From NCBI RefSeq assembly GCF_006345805.1, contig NC_043017.1:19220001-19284000 (forward strand): 64,000 nt of DNA, given 5' to 3'. Source of the DNA: Octopus sinensis (taxonomy: Eukaryota). The notes under the pieces were generated by a model that saw nothing but the letters and a program-made list of their open reading frames with translations, ran no database searches and was not told the origin of the DNA. This document shows, in pieces, positions 11,431 through 25,309 of this stretch (positions are counted from its first letter, which is position 1; every line of letters begins with the position of its first letter). The translations under genes and the position numbers were made by a program.

Positions 11431-13967
11431 ATATATATACACACACTCACATAAGCATATATATATACATACACACATATACAACGAGCTTGTTTCAGTT
11501 TCGGTTAACGAAATCCATTCAAAAGGTTTTGGTTGGCCCAGGACTATAGTAGAAAGCATTTGCCTAAGGTGCATGTAGTGGAACTGAACCCAGGACCATG
11601 TGGTTGGGAGAAAATTTACTACACAGCCATGTCTACACTTATCTCTCTCTCTCTCTCTGTATATATATAACTTATTTGGAAAAGGATGCATGGCGTTCGA
11701 GGCATCCAGCCAAAACTGACTGGAACTTGGTGCAGTTCCAGTTAAACCATCTAACCCATGCCATCATGGAAAGCTGATGCTAAGTGATGATGATGATATA
11801 TATATTAATCAAAGTTTACTGTTTTATATATCCACTAGCACTGTGACCCAGCATTGCATGCATATACAGCTGCATGCGTGCGCACATACACGCGAGTACT
11901 GTCCAAATCTCTGACCAATCACATACAGCTAGCTGGCATTTAATTGGCGTATCAAGTTTCGGGCATTTTGATTGGGCTTTGGATACAAAATTCACAAAAA
12001 AGTCACTTCTATTGATTTTTTAATGGCTTTGCAGGGTGACTGGGGAAATGTAAAGATGTGCACAACCACCCTTGGACGGTTTTGAATGACCATAGAAAGT
12101 GCGAGCCCTCTAACTGGAAAATTGTGGATTTGTATAAAGGACACAGACATTTTGCCGTTTATATATATATCCATTATGGGTGATCTCACCAATTGGTTTT
12201 GCTATAGGGGTTAGGTAAGAGTCCAATTATGTAACCCTGCATTCTTCAGAGGTAGCCATTATGGAAGGAAATATGGTGACAATATATTTATATAGTGTTA
12301 GCAGAAGTTACAAAGTGACTCACGGGCCAAGAGTTTTGCACTTCTTAACACCTTTCAAGCTGGCTTCAAAGTAGAAGACTTTTTTCAATAAGCCTGACAT
12401 ATAATCCAGTTATGCTCTTTCTGCTGTGACTTGACCTAACTGAACACCCTAATACACACCCTGACATGTAGAAATAAATCATATCGAGTGCAGGGTGCAT
12501 ATATATTGCACCCTTCCTCTGTTCTCTCCACTATCCGCTCTTTTTCAGTTCATTCCCAATATGTTTATGTGTGTGTATGTAAATGTTTTGTCTGGTTTGA
12601 CTGACAGGAATTCAAAATATTGGGTGCACTAATGTTGGTAACAATTTACCTCCAAGTGCACTGGTGTAGGTCATTGTTTCAACTGCCCTAAGTGTTTTTT
12701 AAGATAGTGTGCTTTGATACGAAGGAGATTTGGCTGCTATTTTTAGCACATTAAATGAGCATGTAGAAGCTTGTTATCCAGAACAGATGATAGTATAGGG
12801 GATAAGGTATTTAATATGGCTCTTGTCTTCTTTGTTGGATAGTTTAATAGAAATAGTGTTGGCCCTGATGAAGTAAGTCTATGATCAGAGCCATTCCAAT
12901 TTTGACCATCCCACCTTTTTAGACAATGTATCTTGAATTACATCATCTAATGTTTTCTTTTTTTTAAGACAGTAGGGTGGTGGTTCTCAAACTCTTTTTT
13001 TTTGTTTTGGAATCCTTGTACAAATTCCAAAAGTCATGGTAACTGTATATGATTTTCCAAGAATCACAGAAACCCTTATACCTACATTTCTCAGACCCCC
13101 CCGCCACATCCCAACCATCACTTTAATTTTAACAAGATATTAAAATGAAACAGAACTGTGTTATAAAAAAAATTTATTCATACAAAAAAAATTTCCATAA
13201 TAATTTTGAAAATAGTGAACACCATTCATTGTTGTCATCATCATCATTTAACATCCATTTTTGATGCTGGCATGGATTGGATGGTTTGACAGAAGCTGAC
13301 AAGTCAGAAGATTGTGCCAAGCTCCACTGTCTATTTTGGTATGGTTTTTATGAATGGATGCCCTTCCTTACACCAACCACTTCAAAGAGTGGACTGGATG
13401 CTTTTTCTGTGGCACCAGCAGCAGTGAGATCATCGAATAATTTGCAAGACAAAGACCTCTTAACTGGGTGTGGGGTAGTATTGAAGAAGGTGGCTTTGTA
13501 CTGGATGAGAGGTTCAAGTATGAGTAGAAGGACAAAGATAGATACTTTTTTCATTGACCCTTGAAAGGGTGAAAGGCAAAGTTGACCTTAGTGGGAATTG
13601 AACTCAGATTGTTGAGTATCAGAACAAATACTGTGAAGTGTTCTATTCAACATTGCCACAACTTGGTTGATTCAACATAGTCCCCTTCAACTACTCCCCT
13701 AAACCTCTACAAACAATCTTGGGTATCTCTCTCTGAAGGCTTGTTCTTTAATGATGGCCCAGCATATGGGACATCACTAAAGCTTACGAGACTCTCTGCT
13801 GAGTATGACTGCAATCATGATTATGGTGATGATTTGTTAGACATCCGATGTAAATTAGTGAAAAATAAATAAATAATGTAGATTGAGTGTGGATGAGTTG
13901 AGGATGTGAGAAGATATGGTTGTTATGTAAATGAGATAATGACAACTGTTTAGGCATCATCATCATT

Positions 13968-14036
13968 TAAGTTCAATTCCTGATGGTGCATTGTGTCCCT
14001 GAGCAAGACACAATGCACCATCAGGAATTGAACTTA
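13968..14036. repeat. Perfect 30-bp inverted repeat with 9-nt loop inside a SINE remnant
   Basis: TAAGTTCAATTCCTGATGGTGCATTGTGTC-CCTGAGCAA-GACACAATGCACCATCAGGAATTGAACTTA. Confidence 0.95.
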
Positions 14037-15323
14037 CAACCTTATGATCTTGAGCTGAATGCCCCTAACCACTCAGCCACATGTCAGCATGGATAATCAA
14101 ATGGTAAAAACAAACAACAGTGAAGACGGTGATACTGATAACAACTCCAACGACAACAATGACTATGACAATAATGATGATGATGATGATGTGGGGGAGG
14201 AGGAAGAGAAGGAAGATTACTTAACAGAGAAAACAAAGACTGTGAGAGCTACAGAAACTGCACACCTGAAGGAGATTTTTTTAGAGGTAGACATAGCTTC
14301 ATAACAATATGGCATGCAGCAATTAAAGTCTTCATATCTGATACTGTTTTTTTTTGTTTTGTTTAGTTTTGTCATTTACTTTAATGGTATTACTTTGACC
14401 TGGTTAAACAAGATGTACCTGGCTTAATGAGTCAACTGACACCTGACAGGTATTTATTATTTGTTTTAGAAGATGGCTGTGTTGTTATTGGTTATGAAGT
14501 TTACTTTGAGTTCATGTGGTTTTGGGTTCAATCCCATTGTGTGGCATTTTGAACGAGTGTCTTCTACTTTAGCCCAGGGACAATCAAAGCCTTGTGAGTG
14601 GATTTGGTAGACAGAAACTGAAAGAAGCCCATATATAGATGTGTGTGTTTGTGTGTGTATCTGTCTATCTTGTCCTGTGATGGTTTACGGTGGTGAGCTG
14701 GCAGAATTGTTAGCATGCCGATCGAAATGCTTTGCAGTATTTCATCTGTCTGTACGTTCTGAGTTCAAATTCTGCCGAGGTCAACTTTGACTTTCATCCT
14801 TTGACAGGGTCGATAAATTAAGTACCAGTGAAAACACTGGGGTCAATGTAATCAACTAGTCCCCTCCCCCCCCACATTTGAGACCTCATGTGATGGTTTT
14901 TAAACAAGCTTTCCCTATTATACAAGTAATGTCCTTTGCCTCCAATCTTCCATGAGAAAAAACACCTGGTCAAGGAAATCAGTGAGGGTTGGCAACAGAA
15001 AGGGCATCCCGTCATAGTAAAGCTATGTTAACCCTTTCAATATTGTATTCAATATTGTATTTATTTTGAGATGCTCTGTGTTACTTTCAGTTACTTAAAT
15101 ATAACAAAGAATTTAGTAAAATAACTTGGTTATCATTCAGCTAGTGTTAGGAACATAGATTGTGACTGAGGTTTGGTGGAAGATTCTAATTCAAAACTTA
15201 TGAAAGCAAGACATTTGTACTCAGAGCCAAAGCTGATTTCAGCCGGGTTAGTAACAAAAGGGTTCATGGATTGTCTGACCCATGCAAGCATGGAAAAATG
15301 GTCATTAAAATGATGATGAAGTT

Positions 15324-15480
<157 letters not shown>

Positions 15481-16026
15481 ACCAAGGATGATTTTAGAGT
15501 CAGTTTAGCTGTCTTGAGAATATTCAATTGAGACAATGGCATGGGTTAAACAGGTTTGATGTCCAACATGTTTTTTCCCCCTTCCCTGCAAAATAACTTC
15601 TAATGAGCAAACTTTTCTTTTAGTTCTTCTTAGTTGCCAATACAGGCCAAGACTAGTTTCACTTTAGTTATGAAGTTAACTTCCTCTGTTTTATAGATTT
15701 TTCTTTCTTCCGTAAAAACTTATTTTTCAGAATGAAATATATTTATATATCGTAGGATGGGCAATCAAAGTAAAGATTGGCTTTAAGTAAAAGCCAAAAA
15801 AAAAAAGGCAAAAAAAGCAACCTGCAGCTGTTTTGCTTTTATGACTTTGCTACTATGCTGCAAATGTGAATTGGTACAGGTTTGGCTCTGTGGTTCAGAA
15901 GTTCATTTTCCAACCCTGCGGTTTTGGGCTCAGTCCTACTGTCTGGCACGTTGGGCATTTGTCTTGTACTATATAACCCCAGACTGACCAATTCCTTGTG
16001 AGTAGACAAACTGAAAGAAGCCTATA

Positions 16027-16058
<32 letters not shown>

Positions 16059-16678
16059 CAAGAAAATAAATTTCTAATGTAAGTATAGCTGTGAAAACAG
16101 CCAAGAAAATGGGAAAAACTTGCTAGCAGGTGGCTATAGAGAAGCTGTCTGTTGGCAATGTTTTTCCCATCTTCTTAGGATGAATATCCAATCTTTCTTA
16201 GCCGTTTTCAGGGTTATACTGCATTCAAAATTTACTTTCTAGTTTGTGAAATACCACCACACTTGGCTCTTATAAAGTTGAGAAGACCCGGCAAGCCAAG
16301 TGAGACCGCAACTGTGGCCTATGCCAGTACAGCATAAGCTGCCCGTTTAAGACTACCCTTCAGTCAATGGGCAATAAACTGTGCTTGCGAAGACCTGTTG
16401 AGGTAAGTGAAGTTGTCATGGCTGATGACAGTGCCATCTGATTGGCACCCGTGCCAGTGGCATGTAAAAAGCACCCACTCCACTCTCAGAGTGGTTGGTG
16501 TTAGGAAGGGCATCCAGCTGTAGAAACTTTTATCTCTCATTGTATTGAGAGGGCTGGGAGTGAATGGGGGTGGGGGTGGGGTGGAGAATGATTAATAGGT
16601 GACAATGTGAATGAATTTCATATATATGAATTTCCAAGTATATGCATATGCAAATGTCTCTCTCTCTCTCTCATATAC

Positions 16679-16719
<41 letters not shown>

Positions 16720-18689
16720 GGCACAGGTGTGGGTATGGGTTAAGAACCTTGCTGCCCAACCACATGGCTCCAAGTTCAGTCCTACTGGGTGGCACCTTGG
16801 GCAAGTGTCTCCCTACTATAGCTTCAGCTTGACCAAAGCCTTGTGAGTGGATTTGGTAGATGAAAACTGAAAGAAGCCTGTCATATATATATATATATAT
16901 ACGACAGGCTTCTTTCATATATGTCTGTGTGTGTTACTGTATGTGTCTTTGTGTGTGTGTTAGTGTGTTTACATCCCTGTAACTTTGGCTAAAAAGAATG
17001 ATAGAATAAGTACTAGGTTTTAAAAAAATACTGGTATTGATTTATTTGATTAAAAAATCTTCAAGGAGGTGCCCCAGCATAGCAGCACTCTAATAAATGA
17101 AACACGTTAAAAAAAAATAAAAGATATGTGTGTGTATGTATATATTTATTGTATCGCATTTAACTTTGTTTATATATATATATATTTATATGTTTGTGTG
17201 TATGTGTGTATACATACAAACATACTCACACGTATGAACATGACATATAATGTATTATTAATGCTAGAGTGCATGTCTGTTTTAACTAAATTCTGATGAT
17301 AATACTAATAATTATAGTCACTAAAAAAAAACCACATTAAGGTGCTTATCTGTTTTATCCAATTTACCATGTCTCTGATAAAATTTCTATTTTCAACTCT
17401 TTTTGTCATCATGTTGAAAATAAAAACCACTTTTTGAAAAATCAATGATTTGACAGGATTTAATAAAATTACTTAACCTAACCAAAATTACAACCATTGC
17501 TTGGAATTGTGAATAGCTTGGTAACTTGTACAATAATTACTTAACCATTTACCATTTAAACTGGCTGCAAAAGGTCCAAATATTCTGCTGGGTTTTATGT
17601 TCAACTTAGTCAGATCTAGCCTCACACTGTCATTCTAAAAATAGTGAATCAGATAATAAAATTCTCAAAGTTATAAGATAATGCATGACTAATTCAAAAC
17701 AGTGTGACTAAATAAACATTACATTTGATAATGTAATCTGAGTACTTACAGGTGAAACCCTTCACTCCCCATGGAGCAGAGGCCTTGGATGAATTTTCTT
17801 CCCTTGGATGAATTGTTTCTGGGTTGTGTTTTTTACTTCTGTCAAGTTGGTTCCCTGTAATTTCAGTTCTACCTCAGTATCCTGTTTTCAGCTATTTTTA
17901 GGGCATTCTCTCTTCTGTTTCCTATGTGGGTTCCAGGTCAGGGCCTAATATGTAATGCAGGATGTTGGTTTCTTTAATTCTTTTGCATTCATATTATTCT
18001 ATCAAACATAACACTTATTTGCATTGTTTTGAATTTTTCTTGCATTATCTTGTAGCCTTGAGATTTCAATTATGTGGCTGTATATTTTTTAGGCTAACAT
18101 TGTAGGGTAGGTGTGAGAGGTTGGATCTAGCCAGTTTGAGGATAAAACGGGGAGACTATTTTGGCCAGATATGGCCAGTTTAAATGCTGAAGGGTTAAGG
18201 TGTGGAGTCCTTTTAATTTTGCTGCACCTCATCATGTTTCCCTGAAAGAAGGCCTTCCTCTTCCAGATCTTGATGTTTTGAACTGCCATCAATGCATGAG
18301 TAACTTGTTGGGGGTGTTGACTGTTTGCAAGTTCATTTTTATCACTGGAAAGAGGTGGTCCATACTAGTTTGGCCTCTGTGCTTTGACCTGTCCAACATG
18401 CGAGACTCTATCAGGAGCTTCTGTTCCACTGATATAGCTCTTAGGGTCATTGGGGTGCATAAGCCACTACACCACAGCAAGGACTGGACCTTGTGTTAGT
18501 CACGTGTTCTATGCTTTTTATAATTGTTTTTAGGTACAAGGTGCATTTCATAAGCTTCTGTTGTGGTTTTGGCTCAAAGACACAATACAAACCATTAATC
18601 AAAGAATGTTTTGTAGGAATCTTTCATTATGTTATCGTCATTATTACCAGCATCGCCATCATTACCATCGTTGCCTTACTGTCACGTGA

Positions 18690-19195
18690 AAAAACATTCG
18701 AGTGAGGTCATTGCCAGTGCTGCTGGACTGGCTTGTACAGGTGGCTCGTAAAAAACACCATTTGAGTGTGGCTGTTGCCAGTACCGCCTGACTGGCACTC
18801 ATGCCGGTGGCATGCAAAAAGCACCCACTACACTCTCAGAGTGGTTGGCGTTAGGAAGGGCATCCAGCTGTAGAAACTCTGCCAGATCAAGATTGGAGCC
18901 TGGTGCAGCCATCTGGTTCGCCAGTTCTCAGTCAAATCGTCCAATCCATGCTAGCATGGAAAGTGGGCGTTAAATAAGTCAGTACTAGCTGACTGGCCCT
19001 CATGCCGGTGGCACGTAAAAAGCACCCACTACACTCGCGGAGTGGTTGGCATTAGGAAGGGAATCCAGCTGTAGAAACACTGCCAGATCAGACTGGGCCT
19101 GGTGCAGCCTTCTGGCTTCCCAGACCCCATTTGAACCGTCCAACCCATGCTAGCATGGAATGTGGACGTTAAATGATGATGATAATGATGATGAT
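18690..19195 (+). mobile_element. Two tandem family C copies
   Basis: The family C core occurs twice; the second copy ends in (GAT)n at ~19175-19195. Confidence 0.8.
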
Positions 19196-19313
19196 CTTCT
19201 TCTTCTTCTTCTTCTTCTTCTTCTTCTTCTTCTTCTTCTTCTTCTTCTCTTCTTCTTCTTCTTCTTCTTCTTCTTCTTCTTCTTCTTCTTCTTTCTTCTT
19301 CTTCTTCTTCTTC

Positions 19314-19348
<35 letters not shown>

Positions 19349-19395
19349 AACATTGGAGAATCTAGTTATTTTAAATAATAATAATAATAATAATA
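19176..19395. repeat. Compound microsatellite (TGA)n-(TTC)n-(TTA)n...(AAT)n
   Basis: Read directly from the sequence; it explains the poly-F/S/L/K/E ORFs in the track. Confidence 0.95.
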
Positions 19396-19635
19396 ATTGT
19401 GTACAGTGCTCAGGTGCACTACAACTCATCTAAAGTGTATATATAATCAGGTGTAGTTTCGACGGATTTCGGGAAGCATGAGGGCCTTAAAGGATGCAGT
19501 GTCATGGCAGTCAACAACTGATGCAGGCAGTTTATTCCACGCTTCAGCAACCCTGAGCGTGAAAAAATGTTTCCGAAAGTCATGGGAGCTGTGCTGTTTT
19601 CTGACTTTGTAGGCATGTCCACGTGTGTTAGACAC
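19372..19635 (-). mobile_element. CR1-clade LINE 3' end
   Basis: ORF 19447-19635 reads SNTRGHAYKVRKQHSSHDFRKHFFTLRVAEAWNKLPASVV...FK, matching the CR1 ORF2 C-terminal TRGH...FFSxRVxxxWNxLP pattern, followed by a 3' UTR and (ATT)n tail. A shorter copy of the same tail is at ~44135-44258 (+). Confidence 0.9.
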
Positions 19636-20651
19636 TGCTAAATCCCTTCAAATCCTGGATTTTGATAATTATATATTTAAGATGAAAATGTACAGACAGA
19701 CAGACGGAGTATTTTGTATGAAATATGGTAACAAAGGGATTAATAAGATATCTCACATATTCTTTCTGTCATACCAAAGTAGTAGATCAACGCCTTAGTA
19801 TGTCTTTCTTTTTTTTTCTTAATAACTACTATTAGGTTTTAGATAAAATAAGACAAGCAATTTGCCATTTAGAGTATATAATTAAGAAAAAAAAGCTAAC
19901 TTTGCTTTTTGTCCAGAAGGATGACAATTAATTAGGTCATGTTCAATGCATCTCACCAGAAACGGAGAGCTGAAACTGGTGAGATCAACGTGGTTGGTTA
20001 ATGTTCCATTTGGAAAGTTCCAAGGGTAATGTATGTGAGACATCTAAGGATAGAGAAGGGCTACAGTGGGGAGAAGACAAGTGGAATGCTCTATAAATTG
20101 TGTGTGTGTATGTATGTATGTCTATATAATTAGGTTTTCCTTTTAAGGTTCCATAGTGATGACCACTTAAAGCCAACCATCAGGAGAGACCCTCCCCTCT
20201 CACCATCCAGTTTTGGATTGCTCTGAATGCCAAGGCCAAGTACATACAGTCATGTTCAATGACCAATACCCACCCCTCTTATTCACATTCCAAAGGAGCA
20301 GGAGCTTCTATGAGGTCACTCAGCATGCTAGAAATATCAGCCAAAATTTCTTCAAATCAGGTCCTAGTATTTTAAGAAAAGAAGGGACGCATTAAGCAAT
20401 GTAGTCCTACAAACCCTGAAAAAATGGACAGGATGGTAGGATGGTAATGGCTAGGATGACTTTGATCATAGATCTACTTGATCGAGGTCGGCCTGGGGCT
20501 AAACAACATCAACCTCGACAAACACATACACTTCTCTGTAACATAACGCAATAACGAGCTCCTTTGATGATCCATTTTGGTTATGCATCCAATTGCATTT
20601 GGAATATCCAACGTAGAGATTCCAAACAACCACAACGGTGAAAGGCATGCA

Positions 20652-20701
<50 letters not shown>

Positions 20702-22033
20702 CATGATGGGCTTCTTTTAGTCTTTGTTTACCAAATTCACTCACAAGGCTTTGGTTGGCCCTGGACCATAATAGAAGACACTTTTCTATGGTGCTGTGCA
20801 GTGGGACTGAACTCAAAACTACATGGTTGGGAAGCAAGTTTCTTAATCACATCATCACAATTTAAAGTTTGCATCCCAGTAATTCTTCTTTCTTTACCAT
20901 GTTGTCGGAGAAAAAAGCTTAAAACAATCTTAATTTTATTTTCATCATCATCATCATTACCGTCATCGTTGACATCATTATCATCATCATCGTCGTCTCA
21001 CCAGTACATCCACTTTCTGTACTGGCATAAGTTGGATAAATCAACTTGTCTGCCCCTTCCACCCTTCCCTTTCTCTCTCCCCTTTCAATTGTCTCAGCTC
21101 CCCCCCCACACACTTCCAAGGGCCACCCACCCCTATTTTTACGAGTAACACTGAACCCAGTGTAATAATTATTCAAACGTGACTTACTTACTGTTTGGCC
21201 ATAACAATTCCGACTTCCTTCCAAAGTTCACTTGGTATTTCTTTGTGTTCCCGACAATAAAAGTTTATTGTCAAAAGCGGGTTTTTGTCTTTCAATTTTA
21301 TGGTTATTGCTGCTGTTGTTGTTGTCGTCGTCGTCGTCCTTCATAATTCATGGCTTGAAATAAGGTCACAGGGAAACTAGTATTATTATGCATTGCATTA
21401 AAGTGGCAAGGTGGCAGAATCAGTCGCACGCTGGGAAAAATGCTTTGTGGCATGTCATCCATCTTTAACGTTCTGTGTTCAAATTCCGCTGTGGTCGACT
21501 TTGCCCTTCATCCTTTCAGGGTTGATGAAATAAGTACCAGTAAAATACTGGGGGAGGGATGTGACCAACTGGCCTCCTCCCCCAAAATTTCATGCCTTGT
21601 GCCTCTAGTAAAAGGATTATTACACATTGCATTGTTAAGATGGTGGCGGTGTGGTTAAGAAGTTTGCTTCACAGCCATGTGGTTTCTGGTTCAGTCCCAC
21701 TGCATGGCACTTTGGGCAAGTGTCTTCTATTATAGCTCCAGGTAAGACCAAAGCCTTGTGAGAGGATTTGGTTGGAAGAAACTGAAAGAAGCTCATTGTA
21801 TGGGCCTTTTATTTTTTACTTGTTTCAGTCGTTGGATTCTGGCCATGCTGGGGCACTGCCATGAAGAATTTGGTTTATCAAATCAACCCCAGTACTTATT
21901 TTTGTAAGTCTGGTACTTATTCCATTGGTTTCCTTTGCCAAACTGCTTGTTTACAGGGATGTAAACAAACCAACACTGATTGTCAAGTGGTTCTGGACAA
22001 AGATCCACACGCATGAGTGCGCACGCGCGCGCA

Positions 22034-22068
<35 letters not shown>

Positions 22069-22508
22069 ATATATGACAGGCTTTCACACGGGTAGAATAA
22101 ATTTTTGCCTCCAGATAATTCTTCTTTCTTCACCATGGTGTTGTACTAATTTAAAAAAATTTTAAGACCATCTTAGTTTTATGAAACATGGCAACTTGTC
22201 TGCCCCTCCTTCCCTGCACCATCACTGAATTAGAAATACTGATCTAATATATTTCTGTAACAACAGCTTTGTTTAAGGATTTACTTATCAAACTGATTTC
22301 TACCAGAAATATGTACTGGCCTACATTGCTTTCTATCTTTCTGTCCCTCATGTCACTACCACAGCTGAAACTGCTCTTGAGAACTATCTGTCCATGAATT
22401 TACATCTCAAATTGTCTTCTACCAAAAATATATACATGTTCTTTTGACAGGTTTTTTTTTTTAGTCCTGCTGGGTTGCTAGAATAAAAATGAGGCCCGTA
22501 AAAAGAAT

Positions 22509-22893
22509 GCGCAGGAGTGGCTGTGTGGTAAGTAGCTTGTTTACCAACCACATGGTTCCGGGTTCGGTCCCACTGCGCGGCACCTTGGGCAAGTGTCTTC
22601 TACTATAGCCTCGGGCCGACCAAAGCCTTGTTAGTGGATTTGGTAGACGGAAACTGAAAGAAGCCCGTTGTATATATGTATATATATATATGCGTGTGTG
22701 TGTTTGTCCCCCTAGCATTTCTTGACAACCGATGCTGGTGTGTTTATGTCCCCATTACTTAGCGGTTCGGCAAAAGAGACAGATAGAATAAGTACTGGGC
22801 TTACAAAAGAATAAGTCCCGGGGTCGAGTTGCTCGATTAAAGGCGGTGCTCCAGCGTGGCCGCAGTCAAATGACTGAAACAAGTAAAAGAGTA
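22509..22893 (+). mobile_element. SINE family A, full length
   Basis: GCGCAGGAGTGGCTGTGTGG head to ACAAGTAAAAGAGTA tail. Confidence 0.9.
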
Positions 22894-23216
22894 ATGGTGC
22901 AGGTTCAATGACTTTCAAGCAATAGCATGGGCTCTCGGATATTCTGGGTTGTTGTCCCACCTGTTGGAAGACCACTGGGAGTGAGGCATCCCTTAGCTTT
23001 TGTTAAAGCATGTCTTTAGAACCCGCTTCAAACCCAGGCTATGTTTACTCCAATATAACCGGCAGTGTCTTAGCGAATTCTCTGTGATGGTTGACAATCA
23101 ACAGCAAGATGTGCTGCTACGGATCAAACTTTCCCAAAAGAGTGTTTGCATGTGATCAGGGTCCACATGTAAACTTGTCTTCCTACAGAAACTCTGAAGA
23201 ATCAGAGTTGGCTTAA

Positions 23217-23437
23217 CCCTTACAATACCAACCTGGCTGGAACCGCCTCTGGCTCTGTAGTACTAAACTCTTGTTTTCATAAGTCCTAAATTAAAATCTT
23301 CCACCAAACCTTAGTCACAATTTATGTTCCTAACACCAACTTAATGGTAACTAAGTTATTTTACTAAATTCTGTGTTATATTTAAAATAATTGAAAGAAA
23401 CACAGAACATCTCAAAATAAATACAGTAACGAAAGGG
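23217..23437. mobile_element. piggyBac-type MITE, family P2
   Basis: TTAA|CCCTTAC...AACGAAAGGG|TTAA. Confidence 0.8.
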
Positions 23438-24039
23438 TTAACCCACCCCAGATGAATGCAGCTGCAGATGCCAGTAAGTAGTATATACAGGCCTGTGCTG
23501 TTTCCTATCTCTCTGTCCCTTCTATCCCTACTAAAACAGTAATTGCTCTTTGGAATGTCCAACTGCACATCACCACCTCCACCTTGATCCATCCCAACCA
23601 ATCAGTTCTTCTTCTCTCATTATCTTTATTGTGTTTCAACTCTGAGACCCCGCAGGAGAAAATAATTTTCTTTTTAGTCCCCAGTCCTTCCTCCCCAGGA
23701 CTACATTCCTCCTGAAATCACTCCACATTCATAGATTTTTTATTTCCTCTAGACATATATATATTCTCTTTCTCCCTCATACATACACACAAATGCACAC
23801 ACATTCTAAATACATCCATTCATGCATGCGCCTATCCATACATAACTTGCATCCATTCATTCATATATGCATCCATCCATCCGTCCGTCCGTCCGTCTGT
23901 CTGTCCATACATCCATCCATTCATATGCGCGCACATGCACATGCATGCACACATGTGCATTTTGCATTTTTGGAACAGTAAATAATGATTGAAAGTACAC
24001 ATAAAATAGACATGCACACACACGTTCACGTGCAAACGC

Positions 24040-24134
24040 ACACACATAAAATGATGCCCGTATACACACGCAGACACACACATACATAACGAGGCTCACA
24101 TATACATGCAGTCATATATACACACACATACATG

Positions 24135-24166
<32 letters not shown>

Positions 24167-24860
24167 TGCCCACATACACACGCAGACATATACACACACA
24201 TACACAAAACGATGCCTACATACACAGACATATACACACACACAAGCACACACAAAATGGTGCCCACATGCACACGCAGACATATATACACACACACACA
24301 CGTAATGATTCCCCCCACACATACACACACACAATGATGCCCACATACACATGCAGACATATACACACATACACAAAACGATGCCTACATACACAGACAT
24401 ATACACACATACAAACGCACACAAAATGATGCTCACATACACATGCAGACATATACACACACATACACAAAACAATGCCCACATACACAGACATATACAC
24501 ACACACAAACACACACAAAATGATGCCCATATACACAGACATATACACACATACAAACGCACACAAAATGATGCTCACATACACACGCAGACATATACAC
24601 ACACATACACAAAACGATGCCCACATACACAGTCATATACACACACACAAACACACACAAAATGATGCCCATATACACTGACATATACACACATATAAAC
24701 ACACACAAAATGATGCCCACATACACACGCAGACATATACACACACATACACAAAACGATGCCCACATACACAGACATATACACACACACACAAACACAC
24801 ACAAAATGATGGACACATACACACGCACACACACATGTAATGATTTCCCCCACACACACA
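24040..24860. repeat. ~47-bp CA-rich minisatellite
   Basis: About 15 units anchored on AAAATGATGCCC/AAAACGATGCC, spaced ~46-48 bp apart through most of the array. Confidence 0.9.
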
Positions 24861-24936
24861 CACAAACATAGATGCAAATATAAGAGAGAGTGTTGTATTT
24901 ACTGTTGCTGTTAATCTCTGTTTGGGTAATGTGCCA

Positions 24937-24970
<34 letters not shown>

Positions 24971-25277
24971 TGTCTGTCTGTCTGTGCGTGCTGCATTTAC
25001 TGAGATTTCTGCTTCAGTGAACTTCATGTATTCAGCCATTTTGTTGATTAATTTACTAAAGGGACCCTGAAGGGAATTGGTCGTTGTGGTGGTGGCAGTG
25101 GCAAAGGCGCGCGCGCGTGTGTTTGTGAGGGATTGCAATTGTATATGGCTGGGGGTGGTGTTATGGTTTAAACAGTTAATTGCCTTGTGTAGTATAGATA
25201 TATATGAAGGGCTGGAAATGGAAAGTGTGAAGCATTTCGGATAACTAATTAAGTGCATGCAGTGGAAGAAGTATATA

Positions 25278-25309
<32 letters not shown>

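Noticed and set aside
13738-13872. Open stretch GLFFNDGPAYGTSLKLTRL... as the missing IST1 first exon
   Set aside because: Only superficial similarity to IST1 N-termini; no LLEKKK motif, no ATG and no suitable donor.
19150-19433. Poly-K/E/F/S/L ORFs
   Set aside because: Trinucleotide microsatellite lacking stops; no splice or homology support.
24026-24996. Many long Cys/Val- or His/Thr-rich ORFs on both strands
   Set aside because: Translation artefacts of the CA-rich minisatellite; open in several frames at once.
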